Assembly (NCBI RefSeq): GCF_001194135.2
Contig: NC_068986.1
Location: forward strand, 72,445,414 to 72,509,413
Reading direction: 5' to 3'
DNA from: Octopus bimaculoides
Taxonomy: Eukaryota
Length of the DNA stretch: 64,000 bases
In this document: positions 24,101 to 39,100 of the stretch, piece by piece
Layout: each line of letters starts with the position of its first letter
Numbering within the stretch: position 1 is the stretch's first letter
Made by a program: the position numbers and the translations under genes
Notes under the pieces: model-generated
The model's input: the letters and a program-made list of their open reading frames with translations, nothing else
Told to the model about the DNA's origin: nothing
Database searches by the model: none

Positions 24101-27100
24101 TAACTCACAAAGGCAAGTGAGTTACAAGTGATGCTATCTGTGAGATTCTCAGCTTTTTTAGCTGCTATTTTCTGAACTTCGGTATATGGTGAAGCAAATA
24201 TTTTGCTGATCCCTTAATTATATTTATATATATATATATATATATATGTACACACCAGTGCAGTCTCCTCTCTAATCTGGTACATCTTAATCTTTTTATA
24301 TGCAATTTTTCTCTCAGCTGTTTGTGCTCTGTCATTTATGTACACTGAAATTTCACATCCAGAAGAGCTTACTTGCTTAATTTCTTTCCAGCTATCATAA
24401 GTATCATACAATCTGCTTTTCATTTGGAGAGATAATCTTTTTGTTGTCAGCAAAGCTAACAGCTCCCTCAGTCTTACTCTGGCTACTATACTTTTGGAGC
24501 ACTTGCCTCCATTGCTAATGAGGTTACTACATAACAAAGCTATCAACTGTTGCAAGGAAGTCTTACAAGTATTTGCAAGAAACTATTTTATGAATGTTCT
24601 TACTGCTAACTACTCCTACACATTTACTACAAACAAAGTCTTTCTATTTTACCAGCCTGCCTGTGATCTCATTACACTTCTTGTGCACTCATAATTTACT
24701 TTGAGTACACAGTACAGAGTTTTTCACCACTCTTTTTCTGCATTTGAAACATAGTTGTCTCCCCGTTGAATTCTGCCTTCTTTCCAGTTAAAGAAAACTC
24801 AAGAGCCTAGATTCCTTTTTATTCCTTGTATCATATCCACAGCTTCTTTGTTTACTGGAATAGCCATTGTTGTATTCAATTATGATTACAAGACAGTTGT
24901 CATCTGTTATCAAAGTACTCTGTAAGAACTCCTTATAAAAATGGTCTTTTTCTTTGTCTGTTAGTAGATTATGCTGTAGATGCAGAGGTAATTGTTGTCA
25001 TTATGTTACCTATGACTCATCTAAATTAAATTATTCTTTCACATATTCTTACTACCTTTATTACTTTATTCATTTCTCAGCCAACATCATGCTTCCTGCA
25101 CTCATCCTAGCGCTTTTATCCACCCAGAAGAATTTGCATTGGTGTTTCTTCTCTGTGAGAAATTTAGCTGAGGCTCCCCTCCATCTTAAACATTTTGTAC
25201 ATAAGACACATTTATTTACTTGTAGTTGAGTATGTCTACAAATATATTACTGGAATTTATGAAGATCTTATGGTTAAGAAATTTGTAGATATATATAAGT
25301 TTTTATCTGTCTATGTATACACCCCACCCACATGTCTATAATGTACAGCTATTTTATTTCCCCTCATGTATATCACAGCAACAAGGATAAAATAGATCAG
25401 GAAAGAAGAGAGAGAAAGAGAAAATGTGTGTTATTAAGAACATAAGATCAAACAAATTGCATGCACATTTGTATATGTTTGTGTATATTTAAGAGGAAAA
25501 GACAATGTGAGAGAATTAAAATAAAAGATCAAAGGATGTATAAAACAAATGTATGCTCTCTTTCACTTACACTCCCACCAATACCAATAATGATGGTGAT
25601 TGCAGTAGTGATAGTTGATGTCTTGTGATCTGCACCACACATACTTAACAATGTTAAAATATAAGTAAAGCATCCTTTGTGTCATCCTCTACTATTGTTT
25701 ATGTTCAAAAGCATTCCAATAATGACCATCCTTTTGGCAGTGGTACTACTACCACCACTATCATTGTTGAACTTATAAAGAATGCCAAGAAACTCATACA
25801 GTCAAAGAACCTTTGATCACCTTGGAGTTTGTCCATCTGTATAAGCTCTCTGCAGGAATACATACATGTATATATATGAAACCCATGTATACACACACAC
25901 ATATCCAAATGAAGATGTGCATAAATATGCATGCATATGTGCTTACACACAAATCTATTTCCTCACAGTCAATGGTGTTGCACAAAATAAGTTCTCACTA
26001 TGACATATAAGTATGAGAGAAGTTATAAAGGAAAAGAAAGGTTGGAGAACGGGATACATGTGGGCACACATTTCTCATTTCATATAAATGCAACATCGAT
26101 TTTCAGGCACCTTCAGTTTCAAGGTCTTTTCAGATCACTGATTCTTCCAAACCAGGGTTGGTCACCTTGATCAACACAGTCTAAATTTAACAAGTATTCA
26201 GTTTACTTAAATAATTAAATGAATGACAGATGCTTCTACATTAGTGTAAATGATACAAGTCAGTTAATACTTTACTGTGCAAGGTACAAATAAACTACTC
26301 TGGTGGCCACAGGAATCTGAAGTTTCTGGCTGTAAATGAGTGCAGATTACAAGAGGTTCTGGACCATCAGTGTCCAGAAAGTCAATGTTGTACCTATATT
26401 AGAGAACTGGGTTATAGCTAGCTTGAGGTAGCTTTACTAAATTGGCTTAGCCAGCTTGAAGGATTCATACTTATGGTACATTTTCATAGCCACCATGAGG
26501 TAAAATTTATCAACTCTCCAAAATCATGTGTTAGACTTCACCATATATAAGTCTTCAGGATCATTAATTTATTACTGCTAGTACTTTTATGGATGTCTCT
26601 AGCTGGTTATGCAGACTGAGTCCCTAACACACTAGAAAAAGACTTAAGAATGTTGATATAATAGACAACATACAATAACAATCATGCTAAAAATTCCTCA
26701 TCGTGATTTTTATCATAGGGCTGTTCTAGGTTATAGTTGGGATTCAAGCAATTTGATTTTCAGTTAAAATATGAAATGGAGCATTCTGTTCACCTTTAAT
26801 ATTCTGTTTGTAGAGAAGGTATTAAACTAATATGCTAAATCTTTATTTTAGTTGTCCTTGAAATGGGATTCTAATGGATTTCCTCACTAGCTTCTCATAT
26901 TAGTCATTCATAAAGGTTCTCATATTAATAATAAATAATAATGAAGGGTTATCTATTCCTAAATATATTCAGAAACCATTATAGTATTTAATGCATGGCC
27001 AGTTTGTTTTGCCATAACTCTTTAAAGAGAATGTATTGTTTTTCATTTCTTGACTGTTATTGTTTGATCATTATCTTGAATATTTTTACAGAACCAATGT

Positions 27101-30082
27101 CATTAAAATAAGGTTTTATGTTTAAATTTTTAATTCATATTTAAATAAGTTGACAAGTAAGAGGAATTTTACGGAAATTTGTTTCTTCTTTTTATGTATG
27201 CAAAATACAACACAAGCATATGATTAAATTGAGGGAGAAAAAACAACTTTTTGCTTAATGTTTCGTGTGAATTTGCATTTTTCAGTAATGAAATATTGTG
27301 AAGTGTGTTTTGATTAATATTTTCAATTAGATTTCTTTTAATAATTTTTATAACAAAAAAAATTTTAGATAATTTTCTAAAATTCTAAATGTGGATTTGA
27401 AACCTGTCTATGTCAGCAGACATGGATGTTATGTGGTCCAAGTCCACTTTTGTTACCAGGCAAGCAGGTAGAATCATTAGCAAAATGCTTAGCTGTATTC
27501 ATCTGTCCTTACATTCTGAGTTCAAATTCTGCCGAGGTCGACTTTGCCTTTCATTCTTTCAGGGTTGATAAAATAAGTACCAGTTGCATATTGGGGTCGA
27601 TCTAATTGACTGGCCCCTCTCCCAAAATGTTGGTTGTAGAACAGTGACAAACAAAAGTCAGTTTAAATAAACTGTGTTTTTGTAAATGTGCAATAAATTA
27701 TAGCATATTTTTAGGAAAGCGATGATGAAGTTAAGATTTATAGACCACTTATGAGAGTTACTTTATTTTCCTAATTTTTTAGCTTTTGTATATTTCTACA
27801 TATGCTAAAAGGTAAACATTCATACAATGAAAAAGAAATTTCTTTAATATTTGAAAATTTGATATTTCTTTTATTTGTTTTTTGTTTTTCACTTTTATTT
27901 TACCACAATAATTGTAATTGAGAATAATTATAAATCTGTTCCTTTCATCATCTTTAATCACCCTCCATCCCCTTGCCTAGGACTATTGCCCACTCTCCTT
28001 TATTTTCCCTCAGTTATAGATCCACTTTAGGCCTTTAACCTTGCAAGATATGAGGTGATTTTCACCAGTGCTAGTACCATGTAAAACAAAAAGCACTTGG
28101 TACACTCTGGGAAGTGGTTATTAAGAAGGGCATCCAGCTAAAGAAACCTTACAAAAGCAGATGTTTGAGTATGGCACAGTCCGCTGATTCATCAGATCTT
28201 GTCACATTGTCCTACTCTTACCAGCTTGGAAGCCAGATGTTAATTGATGATGTGTAAATATAATTGTGCTTTCATGGAATAGAGAAATAACACAACTATT
28301 TCTTAATTTCTGTTTTCAAACTAGACGTAATGTTTACACATTGTTCACGCACATATATGCATACCTGTACATACATATGCACATTCATACATACACACAT
28401 GTATTGCCATTCATTAACTTATAAATAAATAACAACTCTTTTATGTTGAAAAATTTAAGGTGTTCCATTGGCATTCCATTAACATCATCTGCAATATTTT
28501 GTTTTTGTTTTACCACTTATCTCTGTTATGTTTCAGTCCCTTTGTCTTTGTTGCATTTCGTTTTCTTTTCAATTGCATGCTCTATCATTCACTGTATTTG
28601 CTATGATGATATATATAGGTTGAAATATGCAATAGTTGCAGGGTTAAGATGCTTAACTTCATGACCATAACATAGAAATATGGACAAAAGTATTCAAATT
28701 TATTTATGACTTATTTTACTTAGTAAAAAAAATAATTTTTACATGTCCAAAATAAAAAACTTTAGGTAAAAATATTCAACCATTAATAGTGTGAGAAAAA
28801 ATTTTAAATTGGCATAAGTATAAAAAATAAAAATTGTCAAACTATTTTCAGTAGCAACTTAGTTATTTTTTGACTTCTACTTAAAACGGCGATTCTCTCC
28901 TCTAATAACTATTATATTTACATCATATTTTCTTGATTCTCATAACATGAAATGTTTTAGGACTGATAGGTTGTTGTTTTTAGTGGATGTACTAAGGAGT
29001 ATTGTAGTAAATGAGTGGTCTATAGGAGTGTCATACTGAGTGTTTTATAAAATTATTGTATTGAACGAATGTTTTACAGAAGCAAGTATTGTATTGTTTT
29101 GTAAGAGCATTATAATCAGTGCTTTGTAGGAGCATTGTTGTCAATGAGAGTTCTATAAGAGTATTGTGTTGAATGAGTATTCTGTGGAAGTATGACAGTC
29201 ACTGAGTTATAGTCATGTTTTACAGTTTACTTCATGAACATGTCCGATATAAACATTACAAAGATTTCTTCAGAGTAATGATTAGGATTAAAAGTGACAA
29301 ACGTGAATAGATGAATTAAGTATTTTAATTAATGTTGGGGTTAGAATGAATACCAGTGTAGTGGACACAAAGTCTTTCTTGCACCAAACAAAAGATAAGT
29401 TTTCATTATGTGTCAGTAAAACATTACTTGTTATAGTGTAGAATTTGATTAAGGGAGTTGAGATTTGAAAAACAGCATTACACCAGAATTGTTGAGAAAG
29501 TTGAAATATGTTAGCTCCAAAGCAGATGGGCTGTAAAAATACTGATATTAATATTTGAGCTGGAATTTGTTAGGTTTTGTTTGATAAGTGTTTATAATAA
29601 AAAAATTTAAAAAAGCAGACTTAGATCCAATATATTTTGGAGTAAAGAAGTTAGTTGTAATCTTGGAAGGTAAGATGCAGTGGACTTAAATATTGCAGGC
29701 ATTGCATAAGCCTGTCTATGTTAGAAAATGTATCCTTAACCAGTTTTCAATGGTGTTTCATGCTGTGAGGAAACACCCATATGCTCCCATAACATATATT
29801 GCCTCAGTTTGATGATCTAACCTATACATGTGAAGTGTAAAAAGAATTGGATTTTCTTGTATCAAAGTATCCTTTATACAGCTATGGTTGGCAATATGAA
29901 ACAATTGTAGCAAAAGGTCTACTTATTTTATATATAATTTACATAACAGCCTTATATATAAAGAAAATTATTAAAAAAGGCAAACTGAATTTAAAATAAA
30001 ACAAATGTTTATTGTGACATTTGTCTTCTTATTCTACATATTCATTGAAATAACATGGATAATATTTTATTTTCAAAGAACC

Positions 30083-30139
<57 letters not shown>

Positions 30140-33100
30140 GCATACAGACACCCATACACAATATATCTATATTTATATATATACAATATATATCAATATA
30201 CATACATAGTCAATATGAATTTGTTTAGGTACAGGTATGTTATTTTTGTTAATCTCTGTTTTATTCAAAGTAATTACAATTTCTGTTTAAAATAATTGTT
30301 TATATTTACTTTGCTTCAAAGGTTTTACGGCAGGTTAGTAATCCTAATTTTATCTGAATGGCACCAAACATCAGCATAATGGATTGGGCACACTCATGAT
30401 TGTTGGTTTTGTATAAATATTAAACTTTAGTCTGATAGATTGCAAAAGAATTAAATTATATCTTGGTAAAGTCCTTTTAGCCATCCAAAAGTACAACCCC
30501 ACTCCTGTATAATTCACTTTCCATGTATTTCTAAATAGTACTGCCTATTAAGAAGTGTCAAAAAGTTTTTGTACTCTTCTGGAACAGTATCACTGATACA
30601 GTACCACTGTATAATGGAAGTGTATCAATGACAGGTCCCAAGGCACAAAAAAACTTTTTGACATTTCATAATAATAAACAGTACTATCAAGAAATAAATG
30701 GAAAGTAAATACATTGGTGGGCATTGTAATCTTAGATGATTAAAACGTCTCCGCTGCAATGTAATTGTTTCAATTTCAACACAAGCTTTCATATCAAGTT
30801 GTTATGACTTCAAAAGGGTTTAATAGTAAAATTTAATTTCTAGAAAGGTAAGAGTAGTTTAACCAATTTTTATAAAAACTGGTGCCTGATAATAAGATAG
30901 AATTTGTACAAAAAAAAATGTTTTTTACATTTTCAATTTCATTTCACTTTTAACATCTAGTGAAATTGAAAAGATTTTGTTATTTAGTATTTCATTATAT
31001 TATAACAACTTCATTAAACCAAGATTAAAGATAAGATGTGAGTAGATCTTCTAAGTATTTTAGTTAATAATGGGGATAGAACCAATACTAGTGTAGTGAG
31101 CACAAAGTATTTCTTACACTATACAAAAGATAGCACTTATATGACAGTGAAATACCATTCATTATAAGATAGAATCTGATTAAAACATTGAAGAATATGG
31201 TTTCATTTAAATAAACTGTTGAAACTAAATTTAACCATATTTTTTTCATATAAGAACACTTCATTCACATGTTATTTTACATGCTGTTATAATCTTCTTG
31301 GTATCATAAGATGATAGTTTAGTCTTAGAGCAGCAGGCTAAGTTGAATTAATATATTAGGAGTTCAATTTCTTGTGAAAATTAATTTTGCTTTAGATTGA
31401 CTTGCTTACAACTCTACAGTTTCAAATCCAATGCCCCTTATGTGACACCTTGAATAAGTTTCTTCCATTATAACTTTGAATTCACCAAAACTTTGTTAGT
31501 GGAATTTATTTGATAGAAACTGTGTGGATGCTCTTTGGAGGGAGTTTTAGTTTCATAGACTATATCTGTATTAATCTAATTTGAATTCCATAAGTATTAC
31601 TGTGAATATTCATTACATTAATGAGTGAGATGTGATGATTGAATATAACAAATATTGAACTCCTGGTGCATTAGTTCATACCTTACTCTAGAAGTTTTTG
31701 TTTTTATAACTTTTTTATAAGGTAAGGCATCTTAACATCTAATTTAGAAAAAAATATTTTATTAGTTTTATTTATTTTATTTCAATTTTTGCATGTTTGA
31801 AACCAACAATTTTGTGAATGCTACATCTGCTTTTATACTGTTGCATATTTGAGCTTGTATTTTGTTTTGTGACAATCCTTTTGCATGCTTTTGTTATTGT
31901 TCATTTTTCTAGTCATCCTTGACTTCCCTATATACAATTAAGTGCTTTACCACCTTTCTGGCTATCTGCAAGAATATTGTAATAATTAAAGTTCCTTTCA
32001 TTATATTCACATTCTGCTTTAGCAAATGGCTAAATCATATCCTCAGTAGCATTATTCCTGCTTTACAAAATGATCCAAGTCCTGTTAAGTCATGATTTAT
32101 TTTCTGTAACTGTTATGTCTGGTGAACTCATTAAAAGAAACATCTTTTTTCCCTGCAAGTTATTTCTCCTAGAATAAAGAAAATACAGCAAATTAAACTA
32201 AAACAGCATGATCTGTGTTATCACTGTCTGCACACTGCATACCCCATGACCCACCTACACCAAATCAAAAATGCTTAAATCAAAATGTTATTTAGACATG
32301 TGGTGAGCACATGTTTGTTATAACCCTCGTATGTATTTTAATATGAACAAGTACCTAACTACTTTCAAAAAGATATCTTTGTTACAGGATTTAGACCAAA
32401 ATACACCAAACTTCAACATTGAAAGTTAAACTAAACTCAGATTCTGAATTTTGATTATTTGAATCACTATACATTTGCTGAGTTGCCTTGATTTTTACTG
32501 TGGATACTGTTTCATAAAAATGAAAACAGACACAAAATGGATAAAACAAATCCAAAAAGTTTAAATGACAGCCACATTAATAAGCCTTACAGGATGACCA
32601 GTGCATGGTGTGCAGCAAAATGCCAGACTAACACGACAATGAGGGAGTCTGTATATGGTTATTCAACCAAATCTCCTTGAAATTACACCCTACTATCTTA
32701 AGATACCCATTAGACAGTGTAGTCCTAAAACACTCCTGGATAAGACAAAATGGTCTTGTCTTGGCATACCTTTTGAGTTTTTGATCACAAGCTGCTTAAT
32801 CAGATCAGCCTGGGGTTAGATAGTTATAACCAACAACATATATGGTATGCAAAGCCTATAAGTTACTGCTAAGCATTTCAGGGAATGTTTTACTTGAAAA
32901 CACCTCATATAGGTTTAAAATATCTGAATGATGAGTCTTAAATTTAATTATATTGAACAGAGATGGAAAGCCTAAGATAATATCTGACAGAACACTTTAC
33001 TGTTGAGTTGAAACTAGACTGAGTTACTCAGCCTTTTCATACTTTGGGGTTAATAAAAATAATACCAGCTATACACTAATGTTAATTAAATCTGCTTTAA

Positions 33101-36100
33101 ATTGGCTCTCTAGCTAATTGAAATCTGTAAATAATACAGGTTTCATAAATAAATCTTTTTAATTTTGCTTCAAAGCCAGCTATTTTGAGGGGAAGGGGAA
33201 AGTATTTTATTAACTTCAAATGAATGAAAGGTAACATTGAACTCAGAATATAAATAATGAGAANNNNNNNNNNNNNNNNNNNNNNNNNNNNNNNNNNNNN
33301 NNNNNNNNNNNNNNNNNNNNNNNNNNNNNNNNNNNNNNNNNNNNNNNNNNNNNNNNNNNNNNNNNNNNNNNNNNNNNNNNNNNNNNNNNNAATAATAATA
33401 ATACAAGGCCAGCAACTTTGAGAGATGGGGCAAGTCAGTTGCCATGACCCCAGTACTTATTTTATTGATCCCAAAAGAAGAATATCATTAATAGTTTCAA
33501 ATTCTGACACAATGCCAACAATTTTAGGGGAAGGGGTCTGTTGATTACATTGACATTGGTACTTGACTGGTACTTATTTTATCGACCTCAAAAGAATGAA
33601 AGACAAAACTGATCACGGTGAAATTTTATCTCAGAACATAAAGCCAGAAGAAATGCCACTAAGCATTTTGTCTTGTGTACTAACAATTCTGCCAGCTCTC
33701 CACCTTAATAACAGTAGCCCTGGTTTCAAACTTTTGACACAAGGCCTGTAATTCTGAGAAGGAGGTTAATTGGCATGATAAACCGCAGCACTTCCAGAAA
33801 GATGAACGGGAAAGTTGACCCCAGCAGAATTTGAACTCAGAATGTAATAAGTCAGAACAAATACCACTAGGCATTTTGTCTCATGCTCTGATGACTCTGC
33901 CTAATAATAATAATAATAATAATGCTTTTTAGTATAGGCACAAGGCCTGAAATTTGGTGGGAGGAGGCTAGTTGAGTACATAAACCTCAGTGCTTGACTG
34001 GTACTTATTTCATCAACTCCAAAAAGATGAAAGGCAAAGTCGATCTTAGAATTTGAACTCAGAATGTGAAGACGGAAAAAAAAACCCCCACAATGATAAG
34101 TCTCTCTTAGATGCAAGTCCAAGTTTTGTTAGAAAGTGTCATGGCTGACTGAATTAACAACGGAATATTATTGTTATATATTTTATTAATCTTAGAGAAA
34201 ATAATTCTGTTTATGAGAATAGCAACACAGATATGGCTGTTGTTTAGTCCTTGATCAACACTGATCATCCAAACAATACCAGCCGTGACCATCCTGACTC
34301 TTTTTATATCAATATAGTCATCACCATTTTTACACCCATTTTTATGTGTTGTTAATGAGGACACTGGTAACAATTCACACCCAAACACAGTAAGCTTCCA
34401 TCTACCAATTTCTCTCACAAAGCATTGGTCAGCTCAAGGCTATAATAAAAGACAATTGTTCAATGTGTCACTCTGTGTGACCAAACCTGGAACTTTGTAA
34501 TTATGCAGCTATGCTTGTGTCTCTAGTCATGCCTGCAAAATGTAATTTAAAGGAAATATAGCTGCTATTTTTAACAAGTTAAGCAACCCTATAAAGATTC
34601 TCTCAGTGGCTCAACTTTAATATTATGTTCTAAACATAATACAAGTATAAATATATGAAATATATAAAAAAAAATTAGAAATAGTAAATGAGACCCACCC
34701 GTTCTTTCTTTTAATGTATTGTTGCTTTACTAATGATTGGTGGTGGGATGGGGTATGGATTCAGTTTTGTATGTCAACGTACATTCTTTTACTACAAAAT
34801 AGAAAGCATTTAGGATAATCACTTGTGTATTGAAGCTGCTGATGTACTCCATCTCCAAATGCAGGAGTCGATGTCCCACTAGACGGTGAAACAGCTCTGT
34901 AGTTGTTTCAGCCCTTTCCACTGTGACACCAGAGCTGCCCAGGGCCACTGACAGATGTAGGCAACAAAACTCCCTCACAACCATGCAAGCTTTGTTGAGT
35001 CACATGTTGCAACTCTGGACCAGATGTCTCTACCATCTTCAATGTCTTTTACTGGTCTAAATGCTTAAAAGATTTTGTTTTATTCTTCTGTAACCCAAGC
35101 TAAAATAGTACTTGGGTCAATTTTAAATCTCTTACTTCCTGGGTTTATGAAATACCAGGCATGTATTGGGATAGGGAGGAGAAGTTTTCTGTACCCTTCT
35201 CTTTTTTTTGTTGTCTTCATTCTGTCATAGATTGGTATAGGTTCTTTACTTGGACAAAATTTGTTCATCTTATGCTATTTTTCTGTTCTTTTTCATGGTT
35301 CAATTGTTAGACTATCTGTCCATTCATCTTCTCTTCCCACTATTGCTGGGTAGGTCATCGAAATAGAACCCTCAGGCATCTCTACAGGATCCATCAGACG
35401 CAACCATCATTACACTTTCTGGCTGGATTCCCAAGTGTGCCCGACTAAGACTGTGGATATTATCCAACCTTATTGTCTTTGGTCTACCTTTAGGTCTCCT
35501 GCAAGCTGGCTTGGCTTGAATTTATCTTGCAACTCTTTTCTGCAACATTGTCATTACATGTCCATAGTATCAGAGTTGTGACCTCTCAATGCAGAGGGGC
35601 AGCTGCTTGACCTAGAGAGGTTCCCTGATTTTGCATAATTATTGATAAAATTTGATATATAGCACTCATACTCTCATAAATCAGCTATAAACAACAGAAA
35701 TAGTTGATTAGAATAGTTCAGGGAATCATTTGTAATCGTGATGGAAGTACTGATTCAAAGTGTAAAGGAGGGTTTACCCTGTGGGTTGCTGTATGCAGAT
35801 GATCTGGTGTTAATAACAAGAGAGTATGGATGGATTGAAGGAAAAGATGAACAAATGAAAAGAATTTAATGAAGTAAGAGGTATGAAGATGAATGTCTCT
35901 AGAATGACAAAGGTGGTGGCATGTGGTGAAGGAGAGAGAATAGGGAAGTGGTATGTGCAGTATGCAGGAAATGTTTTGGAGTAAATTCCATTAAATGTAC
36001 AATATCTACTGGTGGGGTCTATCAAAAGTGTAGTGATGGTAGAGGATTATTATCCAAGGTGGCAGCTACTGTTAAATATAAGGTGTGTATTGAGGGAGCT

Positions 36101-39100
36101 GCAGATAGAGGGAATGTTATGCCAGATCTAGGAAATGATGTGAAGATGGAAGGTGTGAAAGCATTTTGTTACCTAGAAGATAGATTGAGCTTGATGATGA
36201 GGAGGGGAAGGGGTATGCTGCATGTGTGAAGTGCTATGACTTACGGGAGATAGACATGAGTAATGAATGTAGAGCAGCATAGAAGCCTAGAAAAAAATGT
36301 GAATTGTTTAGTGGATGAGTAGAGTTTTGCTGAGAGAGAGATGAAGACAACAAACTAAGAGAAATGAGATAGATCTGTGATTGACATTATATAGAGAAAT
36401 GGAATGAAATGACAGAGTCAGGTCATGCTGAGAAGGGATGAAAGTAACTGAGTCAAGGAGTGATGAAAATAAATGTGAAAAAAAAAGTAGAAGAAAGGGA
36501 AAAAAACGAGAAATACATGGTTAAATATGATGGAAAAGATGAGTTTAAGATGGGAATGTAAGGATAGAACAAAATGGAGATGTTTTTCTGGGATTTAATT
36601 TTGAAATCTTTTCAACAGTTTGCAAGGTAAAATTAGCTTTTATACATATCTATAAATAGTCTAGTTTTGTTGAACCAATGAAGGAGCCTCTATGTGGTCA
36701 CTTGATCTGCTAAACATAGCAACCAAATCTCTCTGAAATCAAACTTAACTGTCTTAAAAATAAAGTCATTAGAAAAGGTTGACTTGGGGATAAACAAGTG
36801 TTTCATACCAGCTTTGTAATTAAGGAAAAAGAAGTATCATAATCTCTTTTTTTTTTTCCCCTTCTTATATATCAAGAAATTGTCTGTAATTCAGCAACTT
36901 GTTGGTTTCTAACATGCCTTGTATTTTCCAGAGTTACATAAATTTTTTTTCTAATTTTCTCCTGTTTGTGTCCTATCAAAAGTTTTTTTAAAAATGGAGC
37001 TTTTACAATACCTTATTTTTTGTTCTCAGTTTCCAGTTATGACTTTTTTACACTTTTTTGTTCCTCCCTCCCTCTTTACTCCTCCTCCCCTAGTTCATCT
37101 CAAATCCTGCAATTATCTCTTCATCCAAGCAGAATTTGATTGTTTTTTCTTCCTTTTCTTAAGTGGTAACCACTTACAGTCTTGGAGCATGTTCCAGACC
37201 ATTGCCATCTGCACTTTTTAACCCCAATTTAGTTGTTCTGTCAATCAGTTTTAATGCATGGCATGTTCATTTTGCTGGTTTGTCTAATTATGTAATGCTA
37301 ATTGAGAACATCCACAGACTGCATACTTGTACATAATTATTAATTAGAAAAAGAAATATTTGATTTTCAAATTATGCAATGTAAATCTTTAGTAACTAAA
37401 TATTTTATGTTATGTTTGAGTGAATTAGTATTGTATTTTTGAATGAATTAGTATTGTCAACATTACAAATTGTCTTTTAAAGAAAACTGGTCTTCATTTG
37501 AAGCTCTGAAACCAAAAAAATTCATGTGGACAGAGCTATACAGTGCTACAGTGAGACTGTCTATTGCAAAAATATTAAATAATAGGATCAAATTTGATAT
37601 AAAGTTTTATATTTCATATGTTTTTTAGATCTTCAAATGTGACAAAAGTTTCTTTAATGCTTTTCCATTCTTTTTTAGGAGAATCGTACTCTTCGGGATT
37701 CTAATGATGATTTAAATGTTCAGTTATTAAATCGTTGTATGGAGGAAGGTCGACGACTACTTAAGTATAATGGAGCCATTTCACTAGCAGATGAAATTGA
37801 TAACTTAAGTAAAGAAGAGGTATGTACTGATTATAAATCCAAATAAGAAAAACAGCTATAAGAATAGAGTTATGAAACTGCTAATTAGTCTGAAGTTGTA
37901 GATCAACAAATTTGTACTGTTAATCTTTGTTTTTCTACCAGAGAAGCTAATACTTAACACTTGGACAAGTTATATAATAATGCTAAATTTTAAATTGTGT
38001 TTCTTCTTGCATTTATTCATATGTAAGTAGCACTCCATCAGTTACAAAGACAAGGGTTCCAGTTGACCTGGTCAAAGGAACAGCCTGCTTATGAAATTAA
38101 TGTGCAAGTTGCTGAGCACTTCGCAAACACATGTATCCTTAACATACTTCTCAGGGAGATTCAGTGTGACACAGAATGTGACATGGCTTGCAACTCATTT
38201 TTGCAAGCCAAGCAACATAAAACAAAGTGTCTTGCTCAAGGACACAATGCACTGCTGGGAATCGAATTCATGACCTTACAATTGTGAGCTGAATACCTTA
38301 AGCACTAAACCATGCACCTTCAAGATATATATATAGAGAGAGAGAGGAATGTGATTTAATATATACAGGGTGCAGTGAATAAACTGTTGTCTAAATTATA
38401 CAAAAATGAAAATAACACTGACATCTCATTTTAACAGATATATTTACCAAAATTACATAAAAATATCTTGAAATAGTAAAGAGTAAATTTATTCGATAAA
38501 ATTGTCATTGGCTTCAACCACAGCCTCCTACCAACTTTGGAATCTCCTGAAATTCTTGTGGATGGTCTTCTTGTTTAAATAGCTGAATGCTGCCATAATC
38601 CTTGCCTTCAGTTCATCTTTGGTTTTACAAGAAGTTTTATTGGTCTCTTGCTCAACAGCACCCCACACATGATAATCAAGGGGATTGCAGTCTGGGGAGT
38701 TAGGTGGTCAGATGTTAGGGGTGATGTGGTTGCAGAAACTGTCTGACAGCCACAACTGGGTTCTCTTGCTTGTGTGGTGGTCTTCCAGCAGCCACCCTCT
38801 TGACCCAGGGCAGCACTACTTCCTCCAGGCACTTGATGTAGACCTCCATGTTGAGTCTGACACCATGTGGGAAGATGAATGGAGGCATAATGTCACCATC
38901 ACTAGTGATCACTCCAAACACCATGATGTCTGGATGTTTGATTTTTATTACTCTCAGCATAAGTCCTCTGATTGCACTGTCCTGAGATTGACCCCCAAAC
39001 ACTCTGAAATGTTTGCATTGGAGCTTCCAGTGTGATTGCCAAGCAGTACATGTTGTTTCCAAATTTCTGGCAGAGTGAATTCCATCATGGTGTTGTTTTT

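Noticed and set aside
34830-35040. GC-richer segment (84-aa minus-strand ORF) possibly a mariner or Penelope remnant
   Set aside because: No motif could be assigned with confidence; left unclassified pending a repeat-library search.
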